Of a stretch of 64,000 bases of DNA, positions 1 through 9,499 are shown piece by piece. Below the pieces are notes generated by a model. It worked only from the letters and a program-made list of their open reading frames with translations. It was not told the origin of the DNA and did not search any database. Location of the stretch: sequence record NC_027349.1; one strand, written 5' to 3'. Numbering within the stretch: the stretch's first letter is position 1; each line of letters starts with the position of its first letter. The stretch comes from Escherichia phage HY01. Both the position numbers and the translations under genes were made by a program.

Positions 1-11
1 AATTTTCCTTA

Positions 12-2189
12 TTAGGCCGCAAGGGCCTTCATAGTTTTAGCGATTTGGGAAACTTCATCATCACTTAAAGAGTTGCGATAACCGATGAAGTCGGAAACAA
101 TACGGAATTTCTTGGTAAACTCAACGACCATTTTATCACTGTTTTTTGAAGCATTATTTGACAATACATCAAAAAGATTAGTTACTGTCCAGATATCATG
201 ACCGATGGTACCTTTTCCACCGTTGAAATATATACCCTGCAATGAACTAACCATATTACCAAGGCGAGTATATTCTTCAGAAACTTCATCTACACTGAAG
301 TACTTCATCATAAAATCGAGTTCAGGATACTTGATAATTTTATCAATATATCGTTTAGCTGAACTTGAATAACCTACATACTTATCATAATCTACATCAT
401 CAAAAGCATCTACATATAAATCACGCAGAGTTTCAAAAATACATTGGCACTGACCGAGTTCTTTTACCTTTTTCTGTAAAAGCGGACGAATAACATAAAA
501 TTCATTAATGCCAATAAGATTAGCCATACGAATCAAAATATTCATAGATGGATGACAAAGCGATGTAGTACCATCCATAGAGAAAATATCAGAACGATGC
601 ATGTATGCTACATAACCAGTAATTTCATCTGCTTCTGATGTGAGCGTAAATAGTTCCTCTTTTTCCCAGCGCCCGTCTTTAATTTCAAACTTAAATGCAG
701 TAGCAGCTTTAGGACGAGGAGCTGTACTTTTTACTGCCTTTGGAATATAACTTTTAACTAAAGCTTCAATTTCTGACAAATAATGAATGTTAACTTCATC
801 ACTTTCAAACATCGCCATAATATCAGGGAGTAAATCAATCTGCGATTCTACTTCTGGATTAATAAACAGAAGACGCTCGTTGTGATGAATATTTAAAGTG
901 TTATTAAATTCACTATCATCTAACGCATGTGCTAATCCACGAACAATATTAACACGATTTTTAATATCATCAATAACGATATTAATTTTTGTTGTATTAA
1001 TACCAAACAGACGATAACTTGATGCGACGGCTGAAGTTTCATGACTTTGCTTAATGCGTTTCAGTCGAGGGTCAAGATTTACTTCATACACAACCCCTGC
1101 ATTGCATAACTTACTATCAGGTTCAAACATGCTCTGCATCTTTTTATATGACAGATTTTTAGTCGTGAATTTGACTGAATTACTAATCATATAATCTCGA
1201 GCAGAATACCCCATCTTCATCAATTCACGATATGTGTGACGAGGAGATGTAGATTCTTTAAATCGTTTTACATCTTCATTGAATGCCTTCTCACTAAGCT
1301 CTTTAACACGCTCAATAATATTTTTACGAGTACGATCATCTAGTGAAAGAGCCTCACGCGATGGAGCAATATCAAGTGAACCCATTGGAAACTTAATATA
1401 ATTCACTTCATTGCGGATGCTTAGCCAGTTACGGTCTCTAATAACACCATCAATAGGATAAACAATACCACCATAGATAGCATATAATCCACCACGATCT
1501 GGCCAGTATCTTTCTGGATTTACGCCGTAATAATCATCAAAATCCGGAAAATAATCAATTTCGCGGTCAAGACCATTAATGATAGCCAAATCTTTGAATG
1601 GTCGCATGATATAAGAAACTTCATAAGCAAAGTTTCTAAAGTCTTTTTCTTCAACTGGAACTACGATTTCAATACCAGTTTTATCATCTGGACCCATTTC
1701 TTTTACGAATGTAGGTTTAATTTGTGGACCATCGCCATCCATGTAAGCTACATAACCACGAATTTCGCCTTTATGATATGAAGTAATACTAAATGTATCA
1801 GTATAACTAAACGGAGATTTAGAACCTAAACCAAATCCACCAATGAAATCGTTAGATTCAGCCTTAGATGAACTAAAGTATGAATTATACAACCCAGGAG
1901 AATTATCATCACCCTGAATATCAAAATCGCTCATACCCGGACCAAAATCTCGACAAACAAATCGCGGATCTAATCGTCCTGGAACTTGAATGATAAATTT
2001 TTCAGGATTTCCATTGAGAGCATGGGCATCAATCATGTTGGTAATCAATTCACGAACCACTGCGCGAATCTTGTTTGTATACAAATCAGATGACAGAATT
2101 TTAAATACTTTAGGAGACGCTGTGATGCTAAATGCTTTTGATTTAGAACCATTACCAAGAATAGTTTCTTTTTCAGTGGTGATAATCAT
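12..2189 (-). CDS. rIIA: rIIA protein (rapid-lysis / exclusion locus, membrane-associated ATPase-like)
   Basis: 725-aa ORF; size, position at the window start and sequence match T4 rIIA as recalled. Confidence 0.93.
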   Translation of the reverse strand: MIITTEKETILGNGSKSKAFSITASPKVFKILSSDLYTNKIRAVVRELITNMIDAHALNGNPEKFIIQVPGRLDPRFVCRDFGPGMSDFDIQGDDNSPGLYNSYFSSSKAESNDFIGGFGLGSKSPFSYTDTFSITSYHKGEIRGYVAYMDGDGPQIKPTFVKEMGPDDKTGIEIVVPVEEKDFRNFAYEVSYIMRPFKDLAIINGLDREIDYFPDFDDYYGVNPERYWPDRGGLYAIYGGIVYPIDGVIRDRNWLSIRNEVNYIKFPMGSLDIAPSREALSLDDRTRKNIIERVKELSEKAFNEDVKRFKESTSPRHTYRELMKMGYSARDYMISNSVKFTTKNLSYKKMQSMFEPDSKLCNAGVVYEVNLDPRLKRIKQSHETSAVASSYRLFGINTTKINIVIDDIKNRVNIVRGLAHALDDSEFNNTLNIHHNERLLFINPEVESQIDLLPDIMAMFESDEVNIHYLSEIEALVKSYIPKAVKSTAPRPKAATAFKFEIKDGRWEKEELFTLTSEADEITGYVAYMHRSDIFSMDGTTSLCHPSMNILIRMANLIGINEFYVIRPLLQKKVKELGQCQCIFETLRDLYVDAFDDVDYDKYVGYSSSAKRYIDKIIKYPELDFMMKYFSVDEVSEEYTRLGNMVSSLQGIYFNGGKGTIGHDIWTVTNLFDVLSNNASKNSDKMVVEFTKKFRIVSDFIGYRNSLSDDEVSQIAKTMKALAA

Positions 2190-2199
2190 AATTTCCTCA

Positions 2200-2403
2200 T
2201 TAATTCATATTGCGTTTAATAACTTCAGCAACTTCTAGTAATTCATCTTTAGTTGCAGTGTCGGATTGAATTTTATCTCTAATATCCTTAAAGCGGTTTT
2301 TAAACTCTTCGGCTTCTCCCATATCGAAAAAGCGTTGAATGATTCTATATTCTCGATGAACTGCTTTATCAAAAAGTTCTAAATTTACTCTGTATGATTT
2401 CAT
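2200..2403 (-). CDS. rIIA.1: small protein upstream of rIIA
   Basis: 67-aa ORF directly upstream of rIIA, fed by an early promoter at about 2429-2458. Confidence 0.6.
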   Translation of the reverse strand: MKSYRVNLELFDKAVHREYRIIQRFFDMGEAEEFKNRFKDIRDKIQSDTATKDELLEVAEVIKRNMN

Positions 2404-2428
2404 TTCAATATCCTCATTTGCCCAATTA

Positions 2429-2458
2429 ATTATACCACATCCTTGTGGTAAAGTAAAC
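2429..2458 (-). promoter_or_regulatory. early promoter (-35 GTTTAC, -10 TATAAT) for rIIA.1-rIIA
   Basis: minus-strand sense GTTTAC-18 nt-TATAAT with upstream A/T tract. Confidence 0.6.
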
Positions 2459-2990
2459 TACTGGCTCATCCATTCTTTACGAAGGTCAGCGTTATCTCCC
2501 ATGAGCATTTCAAAAAGCTCTTTCCAATTCTCAGGAAGTTTAACAACATCATATACTGGGTTTTGAATCATCTCACGATATTCAGATTTTTCCAAAGAAC
2601 CAAGTCCTTTAATATAACGGATGCTATGTTTAGGTAGAGCATCTTTGGCACTCTCATATTCAGCGACTGTATAAAACCATTCTTGTTTTTTGCCGACCTG
2701 AGCGATGATTACAGGAGTTTTGACAAAACGAATTCGTCCTTGCTCAAACAATTCTGGCCAATTACTAAAAAATCCGAGCAGAGAAGGATAAATAGAACCT
2801 AATCCAATAATCTCTTAATTATGAGGTATTTCAATGGATAGCCCGAAGGCTATCCATCGTGATCTGCGTCTGTCATAATAGCGACATTCGCATAGTTCAT
2901 TGAAGAGGATTTAATAGAACGACGGACATTGTTCTGCGATTTATATTTTTTCATATCAATGCTAGAAGAATCAATTTTTACAAATTTCAT
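2458..2990 (-). CDS. 60: DNA topoisomerase II subunit gp60, decoded as join(2853..2990, 2458..2802) across a 50-nt untranslated gap
   Basis: N-terminal segment MKFVKIDSSSIDMKKYK...MTDADHDG ends at GGA-TAG; translation resumes LGSIYPSLLGFFSNWPELFEQGRIRF... after the landing GGA; 46 codons precede the gap as in T4. Confidence 0.9.
2803..2852 (-). other. 50-nt translational bypass element of gene 60 (take-off GGA, stop TAG, UUCG-loop hairpin, landing GGA)
   Basis: mRNA sense GGA UAG CCUUCGGGCUA...UUAUUGGA UUA; the stop codon sits in the stem of hairpin AUGGAUAGCCUUCGGGCUAUCCAU. Confidence 0.88.
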
Positions 2991-3789
2991 TATACACCTC
3001 GTAGAACTTTTCATCAGGAATCCAGCCGCGTTTAAATTCATTAAATGCTCGGCCGAATAATTTTGAATTCACAGTTATATTATTAACTGATTTCCATTTA
3101 GCAACTCCCGTTCGTTTATAATGATCGGGGTCATATTTCGTGACGTACCATTCATATAAATTTGGTATTAATTTTACAGCCTCTGGATTTGTCGCTGATT
3201 TATTATACCATGGTTTCGCTTTTTCAAGTTCAGCTGCTTTTGCAGTAGCAGCAACAGTATTTCCAATACCAACTAATTTTTCAGCTTTAATGCGTGGATC
3301 ATTAACATGAAGACGAAAAACTTCGCCTTTTTCATTTTTAAAGCATGTCATGCCTTTAATTCCAGGAAGCTTAACACCTTTATTAACACCGCACCATTCC
3401 TTTGGGTTAAATGATCCTTTAATTAATAAGGCGCATTTACCCGATTTAATACTTCTCATTAAAACTTTATCTTTCATAAAGTTTTTTGACCATTCAGATA
3501 CTGCTCTTTGATGGTAAATTCTAGCAATTTCATATAATTTACTAGAACGTAAATATTTTTCAGTGTTTAACATTCTATTCATCGCATATGCCATTTCACG
3601 ATTACGATGAATTTTATATAGTAGAAAATGTGCTAAAAAGTGTTCACGAAAAGTCAGTTTCACCAAATTTTCTTTATCATCAGAACCTCCCATTGATCTT
3701 GGAAGGATATGGTGAATTTCACCCTTAAATTTAGAAACGCGGGTTTTACCCCGCACTATTAAGTCATCATAGATTTTTTCGTAATTCAC
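2971..3789 (-). mobile_element. mobA: HNH-family homing endonuclease ORF between topoisomerase genes 39 and 60
   Basis: 272-aa ORF with HNH-like motif HHILPRSMGGSDDKENLVKLTFREHFLAHF; overlaps the 3' end of gene 39 and the 5' end of gene 60; true start uncertain. Confidence 0.7.
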
Positions 3790-5320
3790 CTACTGTTATC
3801 CATTTACCATTAATCTGTACTTCATCATTTTCATTTACAATAATTGTATCACCATTTAGTTCGAGAGTAAACCACTCACCGTCTTCTTTTTCTTCAAACG
3901 CTTTTTCACCAAGAACCAATCCAGTGATTGCGCAAATATCAAATAGTTCTTTGTTTTTAAGCATATCAGCATATGACATACCCCAACTGTTGAGAACTTT
4001 ACCACGCAATGGATAACCACCGTGAAGTTCTTTATCACGAACATCAATAAGATAGCCGATAGCAGAATCACCCTCAGTCAAGAAAAGAGTAGTATCAGCA
4101 TCTTTACCGCAAAGATTCGCTTTAATATGTTTATGAACCTTAGCTTTAGAAGCCTTTTTAGCTGCTTTAGTTTCTGCTGCTTTTTCTGCCGCCAATTTAC
4201 GAGCCAAGGCAGCTTCAATAATTGGCATTAAAATTGCTTCATTATTTAAAATAGCGCGTGAAATCTTTTTAGCATCAAGCTGAATATGACTACGAATTTC
4301 ACCAAATGGAGAAGTCAAACGCTCTTTAGTTTGAGAATCAAATCGCATGTTTTTCATATCACGAACAAACATAACGATAGTCAAACATTCTTTAACCCGT
4401 GCTTTAGTTACATCAATTTTGAATTTACGTTTGATTTGCGGAATAAGGTCTTCACAAATATCATCCATAACACAGTCAATATGATGGCCACCATTCTTAG
4501 TATGAATGTTATTGACGTATGTTAATTGACGAAAACCATCCGGTGAACGACCAACCGCAATAGAGCAATTTTCCTGTTCTTGAACGATAGCATGCTCATC
4601 ATATTGGCGTGCGTATTTCTTAAAATTACCCTGAACCTTTTTACCATTAAAGGTAAATTGAATATCAGGATAAACTACTGCAAGTGTCTGGAGACGATCT
4701 AGTGTAATGTCAAGATAAACTTGGGACAGCTCATTAGTTTCAAATGACATAAAATCAGGAATGAAAGTAACACGAGTTCCTTTCCATTTTCCAGGAATAG
4801 TTTCCCATGATTTATTTTCCATGCCATTTGAACAACGAACTACAATATTATTTTGACCGTCGCCAGTTTCACCGACAAACATCACAGAAAAAATGTTTGT
4901 CAAACTAGAACCAACACCATTCATACCGCCGGTGACGCGTTCTTTATCATCACCGAAGTTACCACCTGCTTTTGGAATAGTCCACGCAGCAACAGGACCA
5001 GGAATTTCTTCGCCGGTAGGTGTTTTAACCATCGCTTGTGGAATACCGCGACCGTTATCTTCAACTGTTACTTGATTGTTTTTGATAGTAACATTAATTT
5101 TATTTGCGAATTTAAACTTAGTACGAATACCTTCATCTACTGAGTTATCGATAATTTCATCAATAAGCTTAACAAGACCAGGTACATACTGAACACTTTC
5201 CCATTTACCAAACAGAAAGCGCTCATGCATTTCATTAGCAGAAGAACCAATGTACATGCCGCTACGCTTTTTGATATGTTCAATATCGCTCAGAATTTTA
5301 ATTTCATTCTTAATCATCAC
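3767..5320 (-). CDS. 39: DNA topoisomerase II large subunit (GyrB-like ATPase)
   Basis: 517-aa ORF with GHKL ATPase motifs (IDNSVDE, DNGRGIP, GLHGVG-like). Confidence 0.93.
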   Translation of the reverse strand: MMIKNEIKILSDIEHIKKRSGMYIGSSANEMHERFLFGKWESVQYVPGLVKLIDEIIDNSVDEGIRTKFKFANKINVTIKNNQVTVEDNGRGIPQAMVKTPTGEEIPGPVAAWTIPKAGGNFGDDKERVTGGMNGVGSSLTNIFSVMFVGETGDGQNNIVVRCSNGMENKSWETIPGKWKGTRVTFIPDFMSFETNELSQVYLDITLDRLQTLAVVYPDIQFTFNGKKVQGNFKKYARQYDEHAIVQEQENCSIAVGRSPDGFRQLTYVNNIHTKNGGHHIDCVMDDICEDLIPQIKRKFKIDVTKARVKECLTIVMFVRDMKNMRFDSQTKERLTSPFGEIRSHIQLDAKKISRAILNNEAILMPIIEAALARKLAAEKAAETKAAKKASKAKVHKHIKANLCGKDADTTLFLTEGDSAIGYLIDVRDKELHGGYPLRGKVLNSWGMSYADMLKNKELFDICAITGLVLGEKAFEEKEDGEWFTLELNGDTIIVNENDEVQINGKWITVGELRKNL

Positions 5321-5370
5321 TTATCCTCGTTTGGTTTCGGGAATATTATACTCCGGTAATCATAAAGCTA

Positions 5371-5386
5371 AAGGCCCGAAGGCCTT
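5371..5386 (-). terminator. UUCG-tetraloop GC hairpin after 39.1
   Basis: AAGGCC-UUCG-GGCCUU in mRNA sense, followed by U-rich sequence. Confidence 0.55.
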
Positions 5387-5647
5387 TTATTTAAAACGAA
5401 TAGTCGAATCCTTGAAGAATAGTCCAGAACATACGGTTCCTTCTACTTTCTGCCCAGTAGGTCCAATAGCACGAAATCCAGTATGCTGGAAATCATTTTC
5501 AGAGCAACCGAACCAATTATATCCAGTGATTTCAATATTAGTAAAACCACTTGAAGACAAAACTTTGGTTGCATTATCAGCATCAGTACATCCTGCTAAA
5601 GACACTGCTAATACTAATGCCGCGATAGAACGATTAACATATTTCAT
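5387..5647 (-). CDS. 39.1: small lipoprotein-like protein
   Basis: 86 aa with signal peptide and lipobox-like LAGC; UUCG hairpin terminator directly after its stop. Confidence 0.55.
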   Translation of the reverse strand: MKYVNRSIAALVLAVSLAGCTDADNATKVLSSSGFTNIEITGYNWFGCSENDFQHTGFRAIGPTGQKVEGTVCSGLFFKDSTIRFK

Positions 5648-5649
5648 AA

Positions 5650-5826
5650 TTACCCTTTAAGTAAGTCGTAAAATCCACCGTTCACATGCTTAGGAGCGGA
5701 AACTAACCGAATAGCAATCCGATGACAATCAGGACATACATCAGTATCTCTTTCAGAAATTTTCTTGATTTTTTCGTATTCTTTTGCACAGTCTTTGGAT
5801 TGACATTTATAATCATAAAGAGGCAT
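5650..5826 (-). CDS. 39.2: zinc-ribbon protein (FmdB-like CxxC...CxxC)
   Basis: 58-aa ORF MPLYDYKCQSKDCAKEYEKIKKISERDTDVCPDCHR... translated by hand (below the ORF-track cutoff); coordinates approximate. Confidence 0.5.
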   Translation of the reverse strand: MPLYDYKCQSKDCAKEYEKIKKISERDTDVCPDCHRIAIRLVSAPKHVNGGFYDLLKG

Positions 5827-5828
5827 AA

Positions 5829-6260
5829 TTATTCCTTAAAGTGAGCTTTCAACATCTGATACAAGGACCATGCTTGTTCATTATTTTCAATAGTAACTTT
5901 CATTACCGGGAATTCAGATGGTTCAGTTACTGGTGCAGGGTCTTCCTGCTCTTCAGCAGCCTGATATGGATTTTCCACTTCATTAAAGAACTCGGCTTCG
6001 TTGCTAGAAAGCCAGATAAAGTTTTCGTCAATGACTGTACCTCGTGATGAATATCCAACTATGCCAGTAGATGTCACAATTTTAGTAGGACGCCCGTAAT
6101 AGTCAACATCTAAAATTTTAAAAGGTTCCATACCTAAACGCCGCGCATAGATTCCGTTATCAGTATGGTCTTTAATAAAATTTTCTTGAGCTTGTTTATT
6201 TTTGAATTGATACCATTTATTAACTTCAAATTTAATAGCCATTAATAAATTTCCTTCCAA
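5829..6260 (-). CDS. goF: GoF-like protein (mRNA metabolism modulator), assigned by position
   Basis: 143-aa ORF in the T4 goF position between 39.2 and cef. Confidence 0.5.
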   Translation of the reverse strand: MEGNLLMAIKFEVNKWYQFKNKQAQENFIKDHTDNGIYARRLGMEPFKILDVDYYGRPTKIVTSTGIVGYSSRGTVIDENFIWLSSNEAEFFNEVENPYQAAEEQEDPAPVTEPSEFPVMKVTIENNEQAWSLYQMLKAHFKE

Positions 6261-6457
6261 TAAGTTGTGCCATTTTCAGTAATTTCACGAAATACACCAT
6301 AAATTGGTTGTTTATCACCGACTTTCTCATACACATAAACAGAAGTCAAGTGAGTAAACTTGCTAGTATGTTCCTTTTGAACTACTACCAAATTTGGATC
6401 AAATAATACATCTTCAAATTCATCATTAGTGCAATTCTGAACAATTTTACGTTTCAT
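6242..6457 (-). CDS. cef: Cef-like protein (modifier of suppressor tRNAs), assigned by position
   Basis: 71-aa ORF; size and position match T4 cef. Confidence 0.5.
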   Translation of the reverse strand: MKRKIVQNCTNDEFEDVLFDPNLVVVQKEHTSKFTHLTSVYVYEKVGDKQPIYGVFREITENGTTYWKEIY

Positions 6458-6628
6458 TACAATTTCCTCATTAATTAAACATTGGAGCGATGCGTTTCAG
6501 AAGAGTATCAGCACCTTTGGCGAATTTCCATTTTATTCTCCAAGTTGTTTTCTGTATCAGTAGTTGATATTGATATAGTACCACAATCAACTACTGATGT
6601 ATATAGTTTTATGAAAAAATTTTAAACT

Positions 6629-7126
6629 TTATGCACAGCGAGCTTTGCTATAGTGTTTAATCCAACTTTCAGGAATGACTTTGTATGTTCCTAAAAATAC
6701 CGCGTTGTACAGCTTAACACCATCTTCTACCCACTGATCGGTAATGTATGCACACATAGCGCGAGTACGGCGTTTTTGAACAACCCCTTCCTCATCTTCA
6801 GTAAATTCGAATTCATAAGGAGCAACGAACTTAATAGCCTGACCGAGTTTCCACTTAAAGTCTACACCTACATGCGAAGTATCAATCGTTTCAATTCCTT
6901 TAGCAGGAACAGCTTTCAAAAATGCAGGTTCAAGAAATTTCGCGCGAACATAACCAAACTGAGGCTTAGACTTTCCATCTTTAGGAATGATACGCACTTT
7001 TACTTCAGAATCTTCATCTTTAACACCATGCTTAAGCTGAATGCTTACAATTTCGACCAATTTTCCTGCTGCTTTAGAACGGGATTTATCAGATACACGA
7101 GCAATTTCACCAATATTAATAATCAT
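6629..7126 (-). CDS. motB: MotB-like protein
   Basis: 165-aa ORF in the motB position; C-terminal motif ITDQWVEDGVKLYNAVF shared with the next ORF. Confidence 0.55.
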   Translation of the reverse strand: MIINIGEIARVSDKSRSKAAGKLVEIVSIQLKHGVKDEDSEVKVRIIPKDGKSKPQFGYVRAKFLEPAFLKAVPAKGIETIDTSHVGVDFKWKLGQAIKFVAPYEFEFTEDEEGVVQKRRTRAMCAYITDQWVEDGVKLYNAVFLGTYKVIPESWIKHYSKARCA

Positions 7127-7170
7127 AGTTATCTCTCACTTGTTAAAAAGATTTTATACTCCACAGGACC

Positions 7171-7200
7171 ATTATACTCTGGTCCCAAGAGTTTGTAAAC
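7171..7200 (-). promoter_or_regulatory. early promoter upstream of motB
   Basis: GTTTAC-18 nt-TATAAT on the minus strand; -10 flanked by GGACC/GGTCC inverted repeat. Confidence 0.55.
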
Positions 7201-7202
7201 TA

Positions 7203-7748
7203 TTAATTCAAAATAGCTACCACCGCACTACGAGGTACTACACTAAAATCTCCTGCATGGACAACGTTCAGAAGCTCAACACCATCTTCAATCCACTGGT
7301 CTGTTACCCAACCACAGATAGGATTATCAAAAGGACGACGGATAGACACAGCAGCACACAACAGGTCTGTAGGGTCTTGTTCTTCAACTTCTTGGAACAG
7401 GATGAACTCATCTTCATAAACCAGGTTTTTCTTTATTTTGTTATTATCTAACCGGCGACCGTGGATGACGTAAGATTTGTCAAACCACTCACTTTTGGCA
7501 AATTCTTCAACAATAAATTCGCCTTCGCCAAAAACATCAGTCAGAGTTTTATGACCAGAAATCAAGGCATTAGTTTTAATTTTAGGTTCAACCAGTTTGT
7601 AGGTTTTGCCGATTTCAATAGCGGTAGTCATAGTAGGTTCCTTAATTTCCAGTGGTTTAACAGGGCATACATAAGTGCTTACAACATCAAAATCAATCAG
7701 TTTAGCTACCGGATTTGGTATGTATTCAGGATTATAATTAAATTTCAT
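7203..7748 (-). CDS. MotB-family paralogue (shared C-terminal domain)
   Basis: 181 aa; C-terminus VTDQWIEDGVELLNVVHAG is paralogous to the 6629-7126 product. Confidence 0.5.
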   Translation of the reverse strand: MKFNYNPEYIPNPVAKLIDFDVVSTYVCPVKPLEIKEPTMTTAIEIGKTYKLVEPKIKTNALISGHKTLTDVFGEGEFIVEEFAKSEWFDKSYVIHGRRLDNNKIKKNLVYEDEFILFQEVEEQDPTDLLCAAVSIRRPFDNPICGWVTDQWIEDGVELLNVVHAGDFSVVPRSAVVAILN

Positions 7749-7750
7749 AA

Positions 7751-8290
7751 TTATCTCATTTCAATAAAATCTACGAGTTCAGCATGCGATTTGCGGAACA
7801 TTACTTGGTGCCCACCAATGATAACTTCATCTTCAGGAACTTCGTATACAGCGAGATAAAATCCTTTAGAAGATAATTCTTCCCGCTCTTCTCGTGTGAA
7901 CCATCTCATCATATCATATTCGCTAGCGAAAGCAAAATGATAAAGAGCTATAAACCATCCTGGAATATGATATTCTACTCCAACATAATCTTTCTTGAAC
8001 TTAGTATTAATTACTATATTAGCGTTTTTAACTAACAGTTTATCTTCATGTGGTACAGGAATTCTTTTATTATCATCACTATGATGCATAAAATTAGGTC
8101 TGTCATAACCTACGTGTAATAGCCACTCTTCGCTCCATGAATCTATTATACTCCTGTATGGCGTTATTTGAACACAAAGATTTCGACGTATTGTTATAGC
8201 ATCTTCATAATTAAGAATACTAAACGATGATTCAACACGATAAATTTTCATTTTATTATCCTCAGTAGCTATGATGTTATAATACCACAA
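7751..8290 (-). CDS. hypothetical protein
   Basis: 179-aa ORF with an early promoter upstream (about 8277-8308). Confidence 0.4.
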   Translation of the reverse strand: MWYYNIIATEDNKMKIYRVESSFSILNYEDAITIRRNLCVQITPYRSIIDSWSEEWLLHVGYDRPNFMHHSDDNKRIPVPHEDKLLVKNANIVINTKFKKDYVGVEYHIPGWFIALYHFAFASEYDMMRWFTREEREELSSKGFYLAVYEVPEDEVIIGGHQVMFRKSHAELVDFIEMR

Positions 8291-8314
8291 CTAACCGAGG
8301 AAGTAAACAGCTTT

Positions 8315-8998
8315 TTATCGTTTTGTTGGAAGAGACAGAGGATCGCACTCTTCCTCTGATGGAGCATCTTCAAGACCCATAGCATATCGCAAAGCATACT
8401 TCATCATCAGGATGTCTTTCGCACAGTCATGAATAGAATTATGCGCAACAAATCCATCTAAAGTTCCCTTTGGAAGGGGGCATGTGGTCATATCACGAAC
8501 AAGCAGAAGTGCTTCAATTCTGGTACGAATATCACGCTGATTCCAGAATTTACATGGTTCTAACTTAAATGTGTCAAGCTCATTCTCAGATACACCATTA
8601 AGGCGTTGAATATCACGAATGAGATCGACTAAAATTGGAAAATCAAACGACATTCCACGGCACCAGCCTTGAGATTTCCAAGGATCGATATTATGTGCAT
8701 TGATGTAATCATTAAATTTTGCAATACCATCGATAGTGCTTACATCTTCATCTGATGGTGCAATATTTTTTCTAGCTTCAGGTGATTGATTTTTCCACCA
8801 TTCGATAGTGCTTTTAGTAAAAAGACGATGTCCTTTTTGGCTTTTTAAATCAAATTTGATTTTAATGCCACGTGAAACTAATTCATCAAATGTTTCAACT
8901 ACTTCTGGATTAGGGTCAAAGGCAATAACAGCCAAATCAATAACAGCTGCCTTTTCACCACTTCCCATTGTTTCAAAATCTATAATAAAATCAAACAT
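8315..8998 (-). CDS. dexA: exonuclease A (DnaQ-like 3'-5' exonuclease)
   Basis: 227 aa with DEDD-type exonuclease motifs (FDFETMG ... HNSIHDC). Confidence 0.88.
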   Translation of the reverse strand: MFDFIIDFETMGSGEKAAVIDLAVIAFDPNPEVVETFDELVSRGIKIKFDLKSQKGHRLFTKSTIEWWKNQSPEARKNIAPSDEDVSTIDGIAKFNDYINAHNIDPWKSQGWCRGMSFDFPILVDLIRDIQRLNGVSENELDTFKLEPCKFWNQRDIRTRIEALLLVRDMTTCPLPKGTLDGFVAHNSIHDCAKDILMMKYALRYAMGLEDAPSEEECDPLSLPTKR

Positions 8999-9273
8999 TA
9001 AATTTTCCTTGCTAAATCGCGAATTTGACCTACAGTATAGTCTTGAATATAAACTTTATTAATGGGCTCATCAATAAATTTTGCCACAGATTCAATGTCT
9101 TTTTGTATCTCTTCAAGACTGTATACTATCTTTGAAGCTTTTTCGCGAATAGTAATATTTTCAGGACCTGGATTTTCTTCAATGACATCTTTAACATTTG
9201 TTATAAGAGATTTAAACTGCCACCAACTTAATTCAATCATTAATAACCGCCTTATAAAGATAGCTAATTTCAC
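8998..9273 (-). CDS. dexA.1: hypothetical protein
   Basis: 91-aa ORF upstream of dexA. Confidence 0.45.
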   Translation of the reverse strand: MKLAIFIRRLLMIELSWWQFKSLITNVKDVIEENPGPENITIREKASKIVYSLEEIQKDIESVAKFIDEPINKVYIQDYTVGQIRDLARKI

Positions 9274-9493
9274 CTAAAATATAATCACTGATTGTAACAG
9301 TTTTTACTTCACCACAAAAGAATTCTAACGCAATTAAATCTCGTTCAATTTCTTCTAATTGAAGCATCAACTTACTAGATTCAGTTTTCACATTTTTGCG
9401 ATTTTTGCTATAAGCTATTTCATAAATTTCGCTTACTTTATCTTGAAGAAGATAAAACTGATCTTTAGTTATTTCCACGAATAGCTTCCTCAA
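9233..9493 (-). CDS. dexA.2: hypothetical protein
   Basis: 86-aa ORF. Confidence 0.45.
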   Translation of the reverse strand: MRKLFVEITKDQFYLLQDKVSEIYEIAYSKNRKNVKTESSKLMLQLEEIERDLIALEFFCGEVKTVTISDYILGEISYLYKAVIND

Positions 9494-9499
9494 ATTTAA

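Noticed and set aside
1990-2238. Plus-strand 82-aa ORF antisense to the rIIA 5' end
   Set aside because: Embedded antisense in a well-supported minus-strand gene; no ribosome-binding site or promoter; typical AT-rich antisense artefact.
3856-4071. Minus-strand 71-aa ORF in another frame inside gene 39
   Set aside because: Fully nested in gene 39 in a different frame; hydrophobic junk translation; no independent start signals.
4022-5143. Several plus-strand ORFs (4022-4231, 4286-4525, 4853-5143, 4893-5075) inside gene 39
   Set aside because: All antisense to the topoisomerase gene with low-complexity, Phe/Ser-rich translations; no expression signals.
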